Source: Clostridia bacterium (GTDB taxonomy: Bacteria > Bacillota > Clostridia > Oscillospirales > CAG-272). From it: a stretch of 64,000 nucleotides of DNA. The notes under the pieces were generated by a model, which worked only from the letters and a program-made list of their open reading frames with translations, searched no databases and had not been told where the DNA came from. Shown here piece after piece: positions 29,231 to 38,746 of this stretch. Location of the stretch: the NCBI GenBank assembly GCA_017464565.1, contig JAFTZH010000029.1, positions 9,767 through 73,766 of the forward strand, written 5' to 3'. The position numbers were made by a program, and so were the translations under genes. Within the stretch, counting starts at the first letter, position 1. Each line of letters starts with the position of its first letter.

Positions 29231-30697
29231 TTAGTCCATTTCCAGATATTTGTCTATCAGATTTGCGAGAAGGTCGGTGGCGTTCTTTTCTTTCGTTTTC
29301 CAGCTTGATGAGAAATTATAGTTTCCGAATCTTATGTTGTCTATCATAGAACCGATATCTTTTATGACACTGCTGTAAACGAAGCCAAAGTTAAAGCTTA
29401 TTTTTTCTCTCGCGAGCTTTATCATTTCGAGCGAGTCGTTATCCTGAGAATTCTGCATCTGAAGGACTATCGAGAAATATTCAGGAGTTACGTAGTCATA
29501 GCTTGCCGCGCCGAGCGCTTCAAGAATCAAGCCCGATTCCTCCGCGCTTGCCGCGTTCGCGGGAATGGTGAAGACGGTCAGAGTCTCGTAAATGTGAGTA
29601 TAGTAGTCCTCCTGCGCGCTGTCGTACATAGGATAAGGAACGACACCGTAGTTGACAGAATAGGAATTGCGGAGCTTTATGATATCCGAAAGAGTAACGA
29701 ACTGCATAAGCGCTCTGCCCTCGCCAAAGGTGGTCATAGGATCGAATGTGTCGTCGTCATTCTCTGTGGAGCCGTTTTTGAAGTAAGCGGTGTTCTGATC
29801 GGTCATAAACGCCTGGAACTGATCGAATATGTCAATCGTTCTGGCGCTGTTGTAGGTTATTTCGGGATATCCCATACTGTCCTTTGATACGAGCTTCATA
29901 TCAAACGAGGTGTTCAGACCGCGGAGCATAGCGCCTCCTCCGACGAGACCGAAGGTATCTCCGCCGTCAACGAGGTCATCGTTGTGAGTATCCTGATAGG
30001 GGAATTTTTCAAGCATCGTGTCCATAGCCTCAAGCGTCCAGCTCTTGTTCCTTACTGCGTCGTAGGGAAGCTCTATGTTGTTTTGCGCGCAGAGCTCCTT
30101 GTTGAATATAACGACGTTCATATTTTCAAGCAGGGTAGGACCCGCGTCTCCGACGGTGAAGTAGAGGCGGTCGTTTATGGTCATATTGTCAACGAAGCCG
30201 TCGAACCACCAAGCGTTCTCGAAGTTCAGATTTTTGTTGGCGTTGAGGTCAAGAAAATATCCCTCGGTTACGTATTGGCATATCTGGTTCTGCGCTCCGC
30301 AGATGATATCGTATTCACAGGTGTCTCCGCCCATTACCGAGTTGTATATCTTGTCCTTGTAATTTGCGCGCTCCGACCAGATACCCTTGCTCGTAACGGT
30401 ATTGAGAGTAACGTTGTAGCGGTTTTTAATGGCAACGTTTCTGTCAAAGACGAATTGGCTGATGGGGGACGAGGTGTCGCCCTCGTTATCCAGCTCGTAT
30501 TTGAATTCCTCTCTTGTAAGAATAGTTATCGTTCTTCCCGCGAAGTCGTAGTCGGGCAGGGAGTCAAGACTTACTTTTTCGTCAGCGGCTTTTGTGGAAG
30601 CGGTAGTCGAGCCTTCTTCCTCTTCGTTCTTTTTACAGGAAACCAAAGCGGAAAAAAGCAAAAGAAGCGCGAGAGTCAAAGCGATTATTTTTTTCAT
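29231..30697 (-). CDS. Extracellular solute-binding lipoprotein
   Basis: Lipobox LVSC; RN..I..RYNV, WTLE, YGVVPYPMYD; paralogous to 18898..20346. Confidence 0.85.
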   Translation of the reverse strand: MKKIIALTLALLLLFSALVSCKKNEEEEGSTTASTKAADEKVSLDSLPDYDFAGRTITILTREEFKYELDNEGDTSSPISQFVFDRNVAIKNRYNVTLNTVTSKGIWSERANYKDKIYNSVMGGDTCEYDIICGAQNQICQYVTEGYFLDLNANKNLNFENAWWFDGFVDNMTINDRLYFTVGDAGPTLLENMNVVIFNKELCAQNNIELPYDAVRNKSWTLEAMDTMLEKFPYQDTHNDDLVDGGDTFGLVGGGAMLRGLNTSFDMKLVSKDSMGYPEITYNSARTIDIFDQFQAFMTDQNTAYFKNGSTENDDDTFDPMTTFGEGRALMQFVTLSDIIKLRNSYSVNYGVVPYPMYDSAQEDYYTHIYETLTVFTIPANAASAEESGLILEALGAASYDYVTPEYFSIVLQMQNSQDNDSLEMIKLAREKISFNFGFVYSSVIKDIGSMIDNIRFGNYNFSSSWKTKEKNATDLLANLIDKYLEMD

Positions 30698-30773
30698 AAT
30701 CATATCTCCTTTACTTTAATTTATTTTATTGTAACACCTTTTATCGGCGTTTTCTTCTTAAATAAAAACGGGA

Positions 30774-31691
30774 TTATTCCACTTTTTTGCTATATGAGGC
30801 GCGTTCTTTTCTGAATGCGCCGGGAGATATTCCGTTTTTTTGCTTGAAAAAAGCGTTGAAATAATATTCGTTTTCAAAGCCTACGGCGGAGCTTACGTCC
30901 GCGAGCGAGAGGTCGGTCGAGAGCAGAAGCTCCTTCGCCCTCTCGTTTTTTTGATTGTGAATATATTTCAGGACGGTCGTGTTCATATACTCCGCAAACA
31001 GGCGATTAAGCTGTTTATAGCTTATATGGACGTGATTCGATACATCAAGAGCGGTTATAGGAACGTCGAGATTGTCGTTTATAAATCTTATCGAGCTTCG
31101 TACCCTCTGGTCGATATTTTGCTGCGGAAGCTCGCATTTCTCAAGAGATTTATATACCGGCTTTTGCTGACGACAGAGACGGTATATTATATTGAAGAGA
31201 AAATTGCGGATTATTATCGGCGTGAGCTGTGAAGGAAAATCAAGCTCGGCTACGATATTCATAAAGACGTCCTTGATATCGGGAGGAATAAGACTTATAA
31301 AGGGCTCGTCCGCGCGGAGAAAGGCGTTGAGCGATTCGTCAGCGCTCTCGTTTTTTTGCGGAAGCTCGTAAGCCAAGGAAAATCGCAGAGTATTCTCGTC
31401 GCTTACCGTTTTTTTGTGAGGAGTGTTCGGCGGGAAGAAAATGAAATGATTTTTATCTATAATAAAAATGTCTTTTTCCTTAAGAACGTATTCCGCTCTG
31501 CCTTCAAAGTAAAAATGCATCTCGTAAAAATTGTGATGATGCTCCCTTGCTTCGCAGTCGTTTGATTTCAGAAGCGGGTGGCTTGATTTAAACCATAATA
31601 TCTTGAACGGAAACGGCTCGGAGATATCGGGAAAGAGCATTTTGCCAAGCGCTTTTGACTGCTTGGCGGATATTTGAAGAAAGGATTCCAT
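30774..31691 (-). CDS. AraC family transcriptional regulator
   Basis: HHHNFYEMH cupin; VGFENEYYFNAFFKQKNGISP; RBS GGAGG. Confidence 0.92.
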   Translation of the reverse strand: MESFLQISAKQSKALGKMLFPDISEPFPFKILWFKSSHPLLKSNDCEAREHHHNFYEMHFYFEGRAEYVLKEKDIFIIDKNHFIFFPPNTPHKKTVSDENTLRFSLAYELPQKNESADESLNAFLRADEPFISLIPPDIKDVFMNIVAELDFPSQLTPIIIRNFLFNIIYRLCRQQKPVYKSLEKCELPQQNIDQRVRSSIRFINDNLDVPITALDVSNHVHISYKQLNRLFAEYMNTTVLKYIHNQKNERAKELLLSTDLSLADVSSAVGFENEYYFNAFFKQKNGISPGAFRKERASYSKKVE

Positions 31692-31857
31692 GTTATACCT
31701 CCTCTTGATATGTCAATTATATACTATAACCAATATTTTTTCAACATAAAGAAAATTTTATGTCCAAAATTTATAAATATGTCCTACAAACACATTGAAA
31801 GAGATACAGTAAGATTTTATAATATGTATGTAAACTATCTATAAGGAAGGGCAGACG

Positions 31858-33492
31858 TTATTGGTCGAATTTTTCTTCGTTTATCTCGTCTATTATTTTG
31901 CCCGTACCGATGTTTCCCGACATATGAGGCATCTCGCATTTTTTACCGACGTAAATATCCCGCTTTTCGCCCTGAATTATATTCGATTCAAATATAATAT
32001 TCCGTCCTCCGTTATGGAAGGCGACGGCGGCGGAGCAATGAGGCGTAGTCTTTATTATATTGGAACGCATTATGACCGCACCGTACTCGGCGTCCTTCTC
32101 CCAGGTTGTGAAATATATCTCGGGATAGCACTCGTATCTGCCCGAGTTGGGGGTAAGACGGCCTACTGTGGGAGAGGGGGTACACTTGTTGGTGTTTTCC
32201 GAGAAGATATTGTCGGAAATTATAATGTTATAGGGTTGATTTATCCAAGTTCCGCGTCCGCCTCCCATAAAGGTGTTGCCGACTATGGTGATATCCTCGG
32301 TGGATTTCTCGACGCTCATAACGCGCGAGCCGTTCGTTCCGAGGACGGTGTTGCAGCTTACCGTAACGTTTTTGCAGAATTGGGCTATAAAGAACGCGCC
32401 CATTCTTGAGCCGGTTATCTGATTTGAGCAGAAGACCACGTTGTGAGAACGGTGTATATGCATAGAGTCGCCCGACGCGTTCATTCGGCAGTCGGATACC
32501 TTGACGGCGTCGCAGACCGATATATCAAGCGGACCCTTACCCGTTCCCGCTCCTTGAGGAGCGTAAAGATTGTGGTGAACGGTAAAGAGATTTCTGAAAA
32601 GCTTACATTCGCCGCGGACTGCGGAGAAATGAGATATCGGCGTACCGTTCGGGTGCTGTGATATCGTTACGTAGGATAGCTCTCCGCGCTTGACACAGCT
32701 CGTTATATAGTAGCAGCAGCCGCGCAGAATTTCGGGAGGAACGTCTCCGAAGAAGGAGACGGTGTTTGATTCGTTCTCAATAGGAGCGGGCATATTCTCG
32801 ACGCATATTTCGGCTGACGACGCGGAGAAGCGCACGCTTCCCGATATAAGCTCGTCTGGCATATATCTGTATGCGTTTGAGATTTCCTCGGCGGAATGGT
32901 GTTCGGGGAAAACTATCCTCTGCCAGAGATATCCGTAATCCCACATAAATTTACCCGAATTTTCAAAAGAACAGCCCTTTACGTCAACGCTGCGTATAGG
33001 ATAGCGGGTATCGGTCGCCTCGTCGTAAGCGCCGTATATACTTATTGCCGCGCCCGCGACGTCAAGGCTGCGTACGTTTTCAAAACGGATATTTTTCGAT
33101 TCTCCGTCGGGCGTTCTCAAAAGCTCTATTCCCTTGGTGCAGACGTGCGGCTCCCATATGCTGCTTTTATCGAGGGGATTGTAGACGTAACCGCGGAAGG
33201 TGCCGCCGAACCAATAGAAGTCGGACACGTCGGTTCCGCGGAACATAGAGCGGTGGAGCGTGCTTCCGAGCGAGCGGGGGAATATAAATTCGGCGTTTTG
33301 CGCGAATACCGAGCTTCCCGAGGAAAGCGGTATCGGCTCGGCGTTGTCAATGAGATAGCTTCCCGCCTCGATTATTATTATATTTTCGTCCCCGTCTGCC
33401 GATTCAAAGCACCTGCGGAGAGCGTCGTAATCGTTGCTCTTTCCGTCGGCGGCGGGATTGAAATCCGATAAACGAATAGTTTTTTTAGACAT
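31858..33492 (-). CDS. Right-handed beta-helix protein (pectate lyase-like), no signal peptide
   Basis: DFNPAADGKSNDYDALRR..IEAGSY N-terminal motif; Asn-ladder repeats. Confidence 0.7.
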   Translation of the reverse strand: MSKKTIRLSDFNPAADGKSNDYDALRRCFESADGDENIIIIEAGSYLIDNAEPIPLSSGSSVFAQNAEFIFPRSLGSTLHRSMFRGTDVSDFYWFGGTFRGYVYNPLDKSSIWEPHVCTKGIELLRTPDGESKNIRFENVRSLDVAGAAISIYGAYDEATDTRYPIRSVDVKGCSFENSGKFMWDYGYLWQRIVFPEHHSAEEISNAYRYMPDELISGSVRFSASSAEICVENMPAPIENESNTVSFFGDVPPEILRGCCYYITSCVKRGELSYVTISQHPNGTPISHFSAVRGECKLFRNLFTVHHNLYAPQGAGTGKGPLDISVCDAVKVSDCRMNASGDSMHIHRSHNVVFCSNQITGSRMGAFFIAQFCKNVTVSCNTVLGTNGSRVMSVEKSTEDITIVGNTFMGGGRGTWINQPYNIIISDNIFSENTNKCTPSPTVGRLTPNSGRYECYPEIYFTTWEKDAEYGAVIMRSNIIKTTPHCSAAVAFHNGGRNIIFESNIIQGEKRDIYVGKKCEMPHMSGNIGTGKIIDEINEEKFDQ

Positions 33493-33624
33493 AGCTGTTT
33501 CCTTTCAAATGACCTAATGATAGCTTATTCGAGTTTATTCTAACACAAGGAAAAAATTATTTCTTCCATTATACATATAGTAATTTCCAAATTATTGCTA
33601 ATCTGCCGCGAAGGAGGAGAGGAT

Positions 33625-34530
33625 ATGTCCGCGCCCATAGATATTTATAAAATAACCGATAATAAGCTCAATACCTTTTATTTCAGGCGTCAGGAGTATT
33701 TTTCAGGTACCGATTTCGACTTCCGCACCTACGACGAATATCTCAAGATATTCCGAGTGGTGTCGGGTTCTGCCGTGTGGAAGATAGAAAAGCGGGAGTA
33801 CAAGCTTGAGCGGGACGACGTATTCATTCTCAACAATACCGAAAGACGAGGCTTTATAATAGAGGACGGAGCGGAGAAGCTGGTTATCGAGTACATACAA
33901 TTTCTGCCGATTATGATGTATCCCAATCAGCAGTGCGTGATGCCCTTCTTTCTGCGCTACGCGGGCTTTTCAAACAAGCTCTCACGCAGCAGTCCGTACC
34001 GCGGGGAGATACTCGGGCTTTTCGACGCGATGAGGGACGAGTGCGAGCGGAACGACAAATTCAAGAACGAGTGTATATATTCTATCCTGCTGAAAATGCT
34101 TATCAGCGTGGGGCGCGAGACGCACGCCGAGAATATCGACGAAAATTCGAGACAGTATTGCAGTGTAAAGAATTACGAGATAATTTCCGAGGCGGTGAGA
34201 TATATCACGCAGTACCCTTACGAGGATCTTTCAGAGGACGTTCTGGCGAGAAAATTCTATATAAGCAAATATTATTTCTCGCACCTTTTTAAGTTTTACA
34301 ACGGAATGAATCTGCTGACCTACGTAAAGACCTGCAGGGTGAATTACGCGCTCGACCTGATACGGAACAAGAATATGGATATCGCAGACGCGGCGTTCAG
34401 CAGCGGTTTCGGAAGTATGTCGGGATTTTACAAAGCGGTCAAGGACGTTACGGGTATGTCTCCCGGCAAATTCGCAAAGCAAAAGCGCTCCGACGAGGGA
34501 ACGGGGAATGATTCTTCCACGAGAGAGTAA
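33625..34530 (+). CDS. AraC family transcriptional regulator
   Basis: C-terminal AFSSGFGSMSGFYKAVKDVTGMSP; RBS AGGAGG; divergent from the beta-helix gene. Confidence 0.9.
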   Translation: MSAPIDIYKITDNKLNTFYFRRQEYFSGTDFDFRTYDEYLKIFRVVSGSAVWKIEKREYKLERDDVFILNNTERRGFIIEDGAEKLVIEYIQFLPIMMYPNQQCVMPFFLRYAGFSNKLSRSSPYRGEILGLFDAMRDECERNDKFKNECIYSILLKMLISVGRETHAENIDENSRQYCSVKNYEIISEAVRYITQYPYEDLSEDVLARKFYISKYYFSHLFKFYNGMNLLTYVKTCRVNYALDLIRNKNMDIADAAFSSGFGSMSGFYKAVKDVTGMSPGKFAKQKRSDEGTGNDSSTRE

Positions 34531-34660
34531 CATTTTTCCAACCTTTTGCAATCTTCTTTTGGATATCTTGCTTTTGAAGCGAGTTCAATGTAGAATAGCT
34601 TTACGGCAATATCAATAAAAATGCCCGAAAGGGCGAAATATTAAGAAAGGAATGAAATTT

Positions 34661-35842
34661 ATGAAAAGAAAAATTTCAGCCGTGCTCGTTGCCGTAATGC
34701 TCTTTACGGCATTGTTCAGCATCGGAGCAACGGCAGCGACCCCTGTTACGACCGAGCAGAGCTACACGCATAATTTTAACGTCAACACAGACGTTATCAA
34801 GTGTGAGCAGGGCGGAGCAAACGTATCGCTTCAAGGCGGTGACGATACGTGGTTGCCTCCTGTTGACGAAAGCGAAGAGACAAACAGCAAGGGGCTTCAG
34901 ATCAAAGCAACTACCGGAGATGCAGCTTATTCAAGAAATACCATTTTGTTTTCCGCGCAGAACGCAGATGTGATACCCGTTGGAACGTATACGGTATCCA
35001 TTTGGGTAAGACATAATGATGCAAATTCCGCTGACTGGGCTTCCAGATTTACAGAAAAAAAGGCTGACGGTGCTACAAATGCGACCCAGTCGGGAGCAGT
35101 GCTTAGCAATATAGCTCTCGCTTTCTATGGCAAAGGAATGACCGACAGCACGGCTACACTTGAAAACGGACAGCTTGTAAGACTTTTCTGTGATGATGCT
35201 GGAACAAATAATTTTGTTCCAACAAGCTATGTCTCCGATGACATTAGAACGTCTACCGCAAACAGCAAGGTATGGGTAAAATGGACTGCTACCGTTACCT
35301 TCACACAGCCCGTTGAGTCTATGGCTTTCTGGGTATGGAAGGACACGGAGGGAGCAGAGGGAAAGCAGTGGGCTACGTATATCGAGGACCTCACCATTGA
35401 GGGAACTCCCGCCGAGCAGGCAGAGGGCATAACCTTCAGAGGAGTTCAGGAGACCGCTCCCGCCGGAACCTTCAATTCAAGACTCGTATCGACGGTTGAC
35501 GCTCTTGACGGTAAGTATAAGGCTATCGGATACGACGTTTCGATAGAGGAAAACGGCGTTGAGACCAAGTCTAAAAAGTCGGTCGTCTGCGAATACGCTT
35601 ACGACAAGATAACCGGAAGCACCGACACGGGAGTTGCGATTGAATACTCGGCGCTTGATTACAACGCTACGCATATCGCGGCTCTCACGCTCACGGGGCT
35701 TCCCGCTGACGTCGCGGCTCTTGACATAATCGTAACTCCTTTCGTCGTTGACAAGGACGGAAACAGAGATACGGCGAACGAGACGACTTATAAGATAACA
35801 TATGCTAACGGTGTTTTCCAAAGCATAACGAAGGAGGCTTAA
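34661..35842 (+). CDS. Secreted protein with a CBM-like beta-sandwich and an uncharacterised C-terminal domain
   Basis: Signal peptide MKRKISAVLVAVMLFTALFSIGATA; domain shared with 36011..36946; alternative start 34652. Confidence 0.7.
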   Translation: MKRKISAVLVAVMLFTALFSIGATAATPVTTEQSYTHNFNVNTDVIKCEQGGANVSLQGGDDTWLPPVDESEETNSKGLQIKATTGDAAYSRNTILFSAQNADVIPVGTYTVSIWVRHNDANSADWASRFTEKKADGATNATQSGAVLSNIALAFYGKGMTDSTATLENGQLVRLFCDDAGTNNFVPTSYVSDDIRTSTANSKVWVKWTATVTFTQPVESMAFWVWKDTEGAEGKQWATYIEDLTIEGTPAEQAEGITFRGVQETAPAGTFNSRLVSTVDALDGKYKAIGYDVSIEENGVETKSKKSVVCEYAYDKITGSTDTGVAIEYSALDYNATHIAALTLTGLPADVAALDIIVTPFVVDKDGNRDTANETTYKITYANGVFQSITKEA

Positions 35843-35846
35843 TTTT

Positions 35847-35975
35847 ATGAAAAAGAAATATCAGGCTCCCGAAGCTATGGAACAAAAGTTTAATTCGTCC
35901 GACGTTATTACCGTTTCGATAACCGTATATTCGGAATCGGGCAACGGAGATATGCTCGGATATGACGAGTGGTAA
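35847..35975 (+). CDS. 42-aa peptide MKKKYQAPEAMEQKFNSSDVITVSITVYSESGNGDMLGYDEW (not in ORF track)
   Basis: RBS AAGGAGG (35831-35837) just before the upstream stop; fills the intergenic gap in operon orientation. Confidence 0.75.
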   Translation: MKKKYQAPEAMEQKFNSSDVITVSITVYSESGNGDMLGYDEW

Positions 35976-36010
35976 TCCTTAAATCGCTTTATTAATAAGG
36001 GAGAGTTATT

Positions 36011-36946
36011 ATGAATAAAAGATTTTTGTCTTTACTTATAAGCGCGGTGCTGATAATATCGGCAATAGCCGCCGTCGGTACGTCAGCCGCGGATCCGATA
36101 ACTGCAAAGCACAGTCTTGACGCGCTTGAGGCTATGGTAGGCTCGCTTACCAAGAGCGACACGGGAACGGTAGCTATGAGCGGAAAGAGTCTTAAGATAC
36201 AGACGCAGAACGCGGATTACGGTCTTAACGGCGATCCGAGCAATATCGAGCAATATAAAGCCACGTACAATTATTCTAGAAGAACCAAGCTTACCTCTTT
36301 TGAGGACGGAATAGTTCTTCCAGCAGGTACCTACACCGTTTCTCTCTACGTTTACGAGAACGGCTCGCATCTCGGAACACAGCTTTCACACAAGTGCGAG
36401 ATAGCGGTTTCACTGCATACCGCGGAGGAGACCGACGACACGCTGGGCTACAATCACGCAAGCGCTAACCTCATAGAGCTGTTTAACGCCACCGAGGGCT
36501 CTCGCGCGGGAACTCCGGCCAACGCGTTTACAAAAACGGAGGTTACCGAGAAGGTCGGAACGAGAACCTGGGCGCAGTACACCGCTGAAATTACCGTGAA
36601 CGAGCCCGTAAGTCAGTTTACCTTCTGGCTTATCGGAGACGCGAGCGACGATGGCGGAGAGGGAGCTACCTATCAGACTTGGATAGATAATTTCTCGGTA
36701 TATAACGAGGAGGCAACTCCCGCTACCACGACCACGGCAGAGACCACCACCGCCGCGACCACCACTGCCGCCGCTACGACTACGGCAGTTTACGCGACCT
36801 CGACCACCACCGCGGAGACGAGCGCGACGGAGGAAGAGAGTGAGGAAGGCGGCTGCAAATCCAGCGTACTTACTGCTTTCTCTGCGGTAACGGTATGCGG
36901 AGCCGCGGCGACTGCGGTGCTCTTTAAGAGGAAAAAAGAAGACTAA
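36011..36946 (+). CDS. Secreted CBM-like protein with Thr/Ala linker and C-terminal membrane anchor
   Basis: Signal peptide; TTTAAA linker; GGCKSS-TM-KRKKED tail. Confidence 0.75.
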   Translation: MNKRFLSLLISAVLIISAIAAVGTSAADPITAKHSLDALEAMVGSLTKSDTGTVAMSGKSLKIQTQNADYGLNGDPSNIEQYKATYNYSRRTKLTSFEDGIVLPAGTYTVSLYVYENGSHLGTQLSHKCEIAVSLHTAEETDDTLGYNHASANLIELFNATEGSRAGTPANAFTKTEVTEKVGTRTWAQYTAEITVNEPVSQFTFWLIGDASDDGGEGATYQTWIDNFSVYNEEATPATTTTAETTTAATTTAAATTTAVYATSTTTAETSATEEESEEGGCKSSVLTAFSAVTVCGAAATAVLFKRKKED

Positions 36947-36960
36947 ACGATAAATACCTT

Positions 36961-36988
36961 TTCGGCGGCGGTGAGATCTGCCGCCGAA
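36961..36988 (+). terminator. Hairpin (terminator or mRNA stabiliser)
   Basis: TTCGGCGGCGG / CTGCCGCCGAA stem; weak U-tract. Confidence 0.5.
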
Positions 36989-37012
36989 GCGTTAATATAA
37001 AGAGGAAAAAAT

Positions 37013-38722
37013 ATGCAGACAGAGCAGAATATAACCAACACGAACGTAGTAGTCCCCAAAAGGCTTTCGGGAGAGACTAACGACAGCCCCGCGATAAGAC
37101 GCGCGCTTGACAGCATAAAGGATACGGGCGGTACGCTCTACCTTTGCGAGACGACCTATACTATATCCGAGCCTATAATTATTTACAGAGACGTCTCGTA
37201 TATCGGGCGAGGCGTCGGACAGACCACGATATACGTAGAGAAGGGAGCTGACTGCGACGCCTTCAAGAGCTTTGAGTTTGAGAGGTTCGTCGATCAGAAG
37301 ATGTACTCGGAGTCTGTGGACGATAATTTCGGACCGAAGAGCCGTATGCCCCAGAACTTTATGATAAAGGGAATGACTATCGACTGCGGAGCCGATTTCG
37401 AGGAGACCGAGACCGAGCATATATTTAGATGTACGGGAAACAAAAAGGGCTACGGAATGAAGATATTCGGCAAAAGATATATCATCGGGGAAGTTCAGAT
37501 ACAGAACGTTCCCGAGGTAGGCTTTTACACCGAATTCAACTCGGGCGAGGTCGTTACCGTCGCCAACAGCTTCCGCTACTTTATCGGAAGCCGTATATCC
37601 GTAAGAGTTATATCGAGCGGAGAGGAGGGCGTTATTTACAGAGGTCCTTCCGACCAGAGAATAGACGACCTTTGGGTATGCTCGTCCTGTCTTACGGGAA
37701 AGACTACCGTTTTTGCCGACAGAGAGGATTGGGAGCTTGCGGCGGTGGTATTTGACGACAGAGATCCCGCGTATAACAACGTTCCTTACTGCGCCAGCCC
37801 CGAGCTTGGCTTTGGACATATATGGCGCGGATTTAACTGCTGGGGACTCGTCGTTTGCGGACACGCGCGCTTTAAAGCCGACCACCTTATAATCGAGAGC
37901 ACGAACGGCGGATTCAAAAACAGCCGTTTCAGCTATTCACAGATAAATATGCTCGACGTTCACGACTGCCGTTTCGGAAACAGCGAAAGACCTTATATGT
38001 GGCTGAGGAGCAAGTCTCATACGAAAATATCCAACCTTGAGATACGCTTCTCGAGAGAGACCTCGCACAAGGATATGATACGGCTTGACGGCGACAACGT
38101 TCTGATATCAAAATGTTTGCTTCGCGGAAACCACGATATAGTCGGAATGGAGAACGCGGGAGGACACGGACTTATTATCAACGGTAACTTCAATCAGATA
38201 CTCGGACTCCACGGAATGTATATCGGAGGAAAGGGAAGCGACGGAAGAGACGCGACTGCCTGCACCATAAACGGATGCAGAAATATCGTCCGAGGTATCG
38301 CCAACGACTGTACCTGCGGCGTTGAGGTGAACAATCCCGACAACACGGTGGAGCTTACAGTGAGCCGCGACTCGGAGAAGGGACAGAAATCAATATCGTG
38401 CAACGCCCGTCCCGCCTCGCTCGCCCTCAACGATTTTGACAGAGCGGATAAAACCTATACGAGATATCCTTACAGAACTTTGCTTGAGGGTATATTCAAG
38501 GGAGATACCGACGAGCTTCAGACGGTGAAACTTCCTCACGGGCTTCCGTTCGCGCCCTCGCTCTGCGATATAGTTCCCGTTCTTACGTCAAACGGAGAGA
38601 CTTTGGACGTAGCGCAGCTTTCGGTAAGCGGAGCCGACGAGGAAAACGTAACGCTTTCGTTCAGACTGCGCGCTCCCGCCGAAGCGGAGACGGTAAGCGT
38701 GGCTCTTCATATAGGCGTATAA
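37013..38722 (+). CDS. Pectate_lyase_3/tailspike-like beta-helix protein, no signal peptide
   Basis: ETNDSPAIRRALD..GGTLYL...YTIS motif; tandem paralog of the next gene. Confidence 0.7.
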   Translation: MQTEQNITNTNVVVPKRLSGETNDSPAIRRALDSIKDTGGTLYLCETTYTISEPIIIYRDVSYIGRGVGQTTIYVEKGADCDAFKSFEFERFVDQKMYSESVDDNFGPKSRMPQNFMIKGMTIDCGADFEETETEHIFRCTGNKKGYGMKIFGKRYIIGEVQIQNVPEVGFYTEFNSGEVVTVANSFRYFIGSRISVRVISSGEEGVIYRGPSDQRIDDLWVCSSCLTGKTTVFADREDWELAAVVFDDRDPAYNNVPYCASPELGFGHIWRGFNCWGLVVCGHARFKADHLIIESTNGGFKNSRFSYSQINMLDVHDCRFGNSERPYMWLRSKSHTKISNLEIRFSRETSHKDMIRLDGDNVLISKCLLRGNHDIVGMENAGGHGLIINGNFNQILGLHGMYIGGKGSDGRDATACTINGCRNIVRGIANDCTCGVEVNNPDNTVELTVSRDSEKGQKSISCNARPASLALNDFDRADKTYTRYPYRTLLEGIFKGDTDELQTVKLPHGLPFAPSLCDIVPVLTSNGETLDVAQLSVSGADEENVTLSFRLRAPAEAETVSVALHIGV

Positions 38723-38746
38723 AAATTAATAAAGAGAGATAGTTAT

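Noticed and set aside
31861-32409. 182-aa plus-strand ORF downstream of the orphan promoter
   Set aside because: Fully antisense to a well-supported gene, with shadow-like composition; not called as a CDS.
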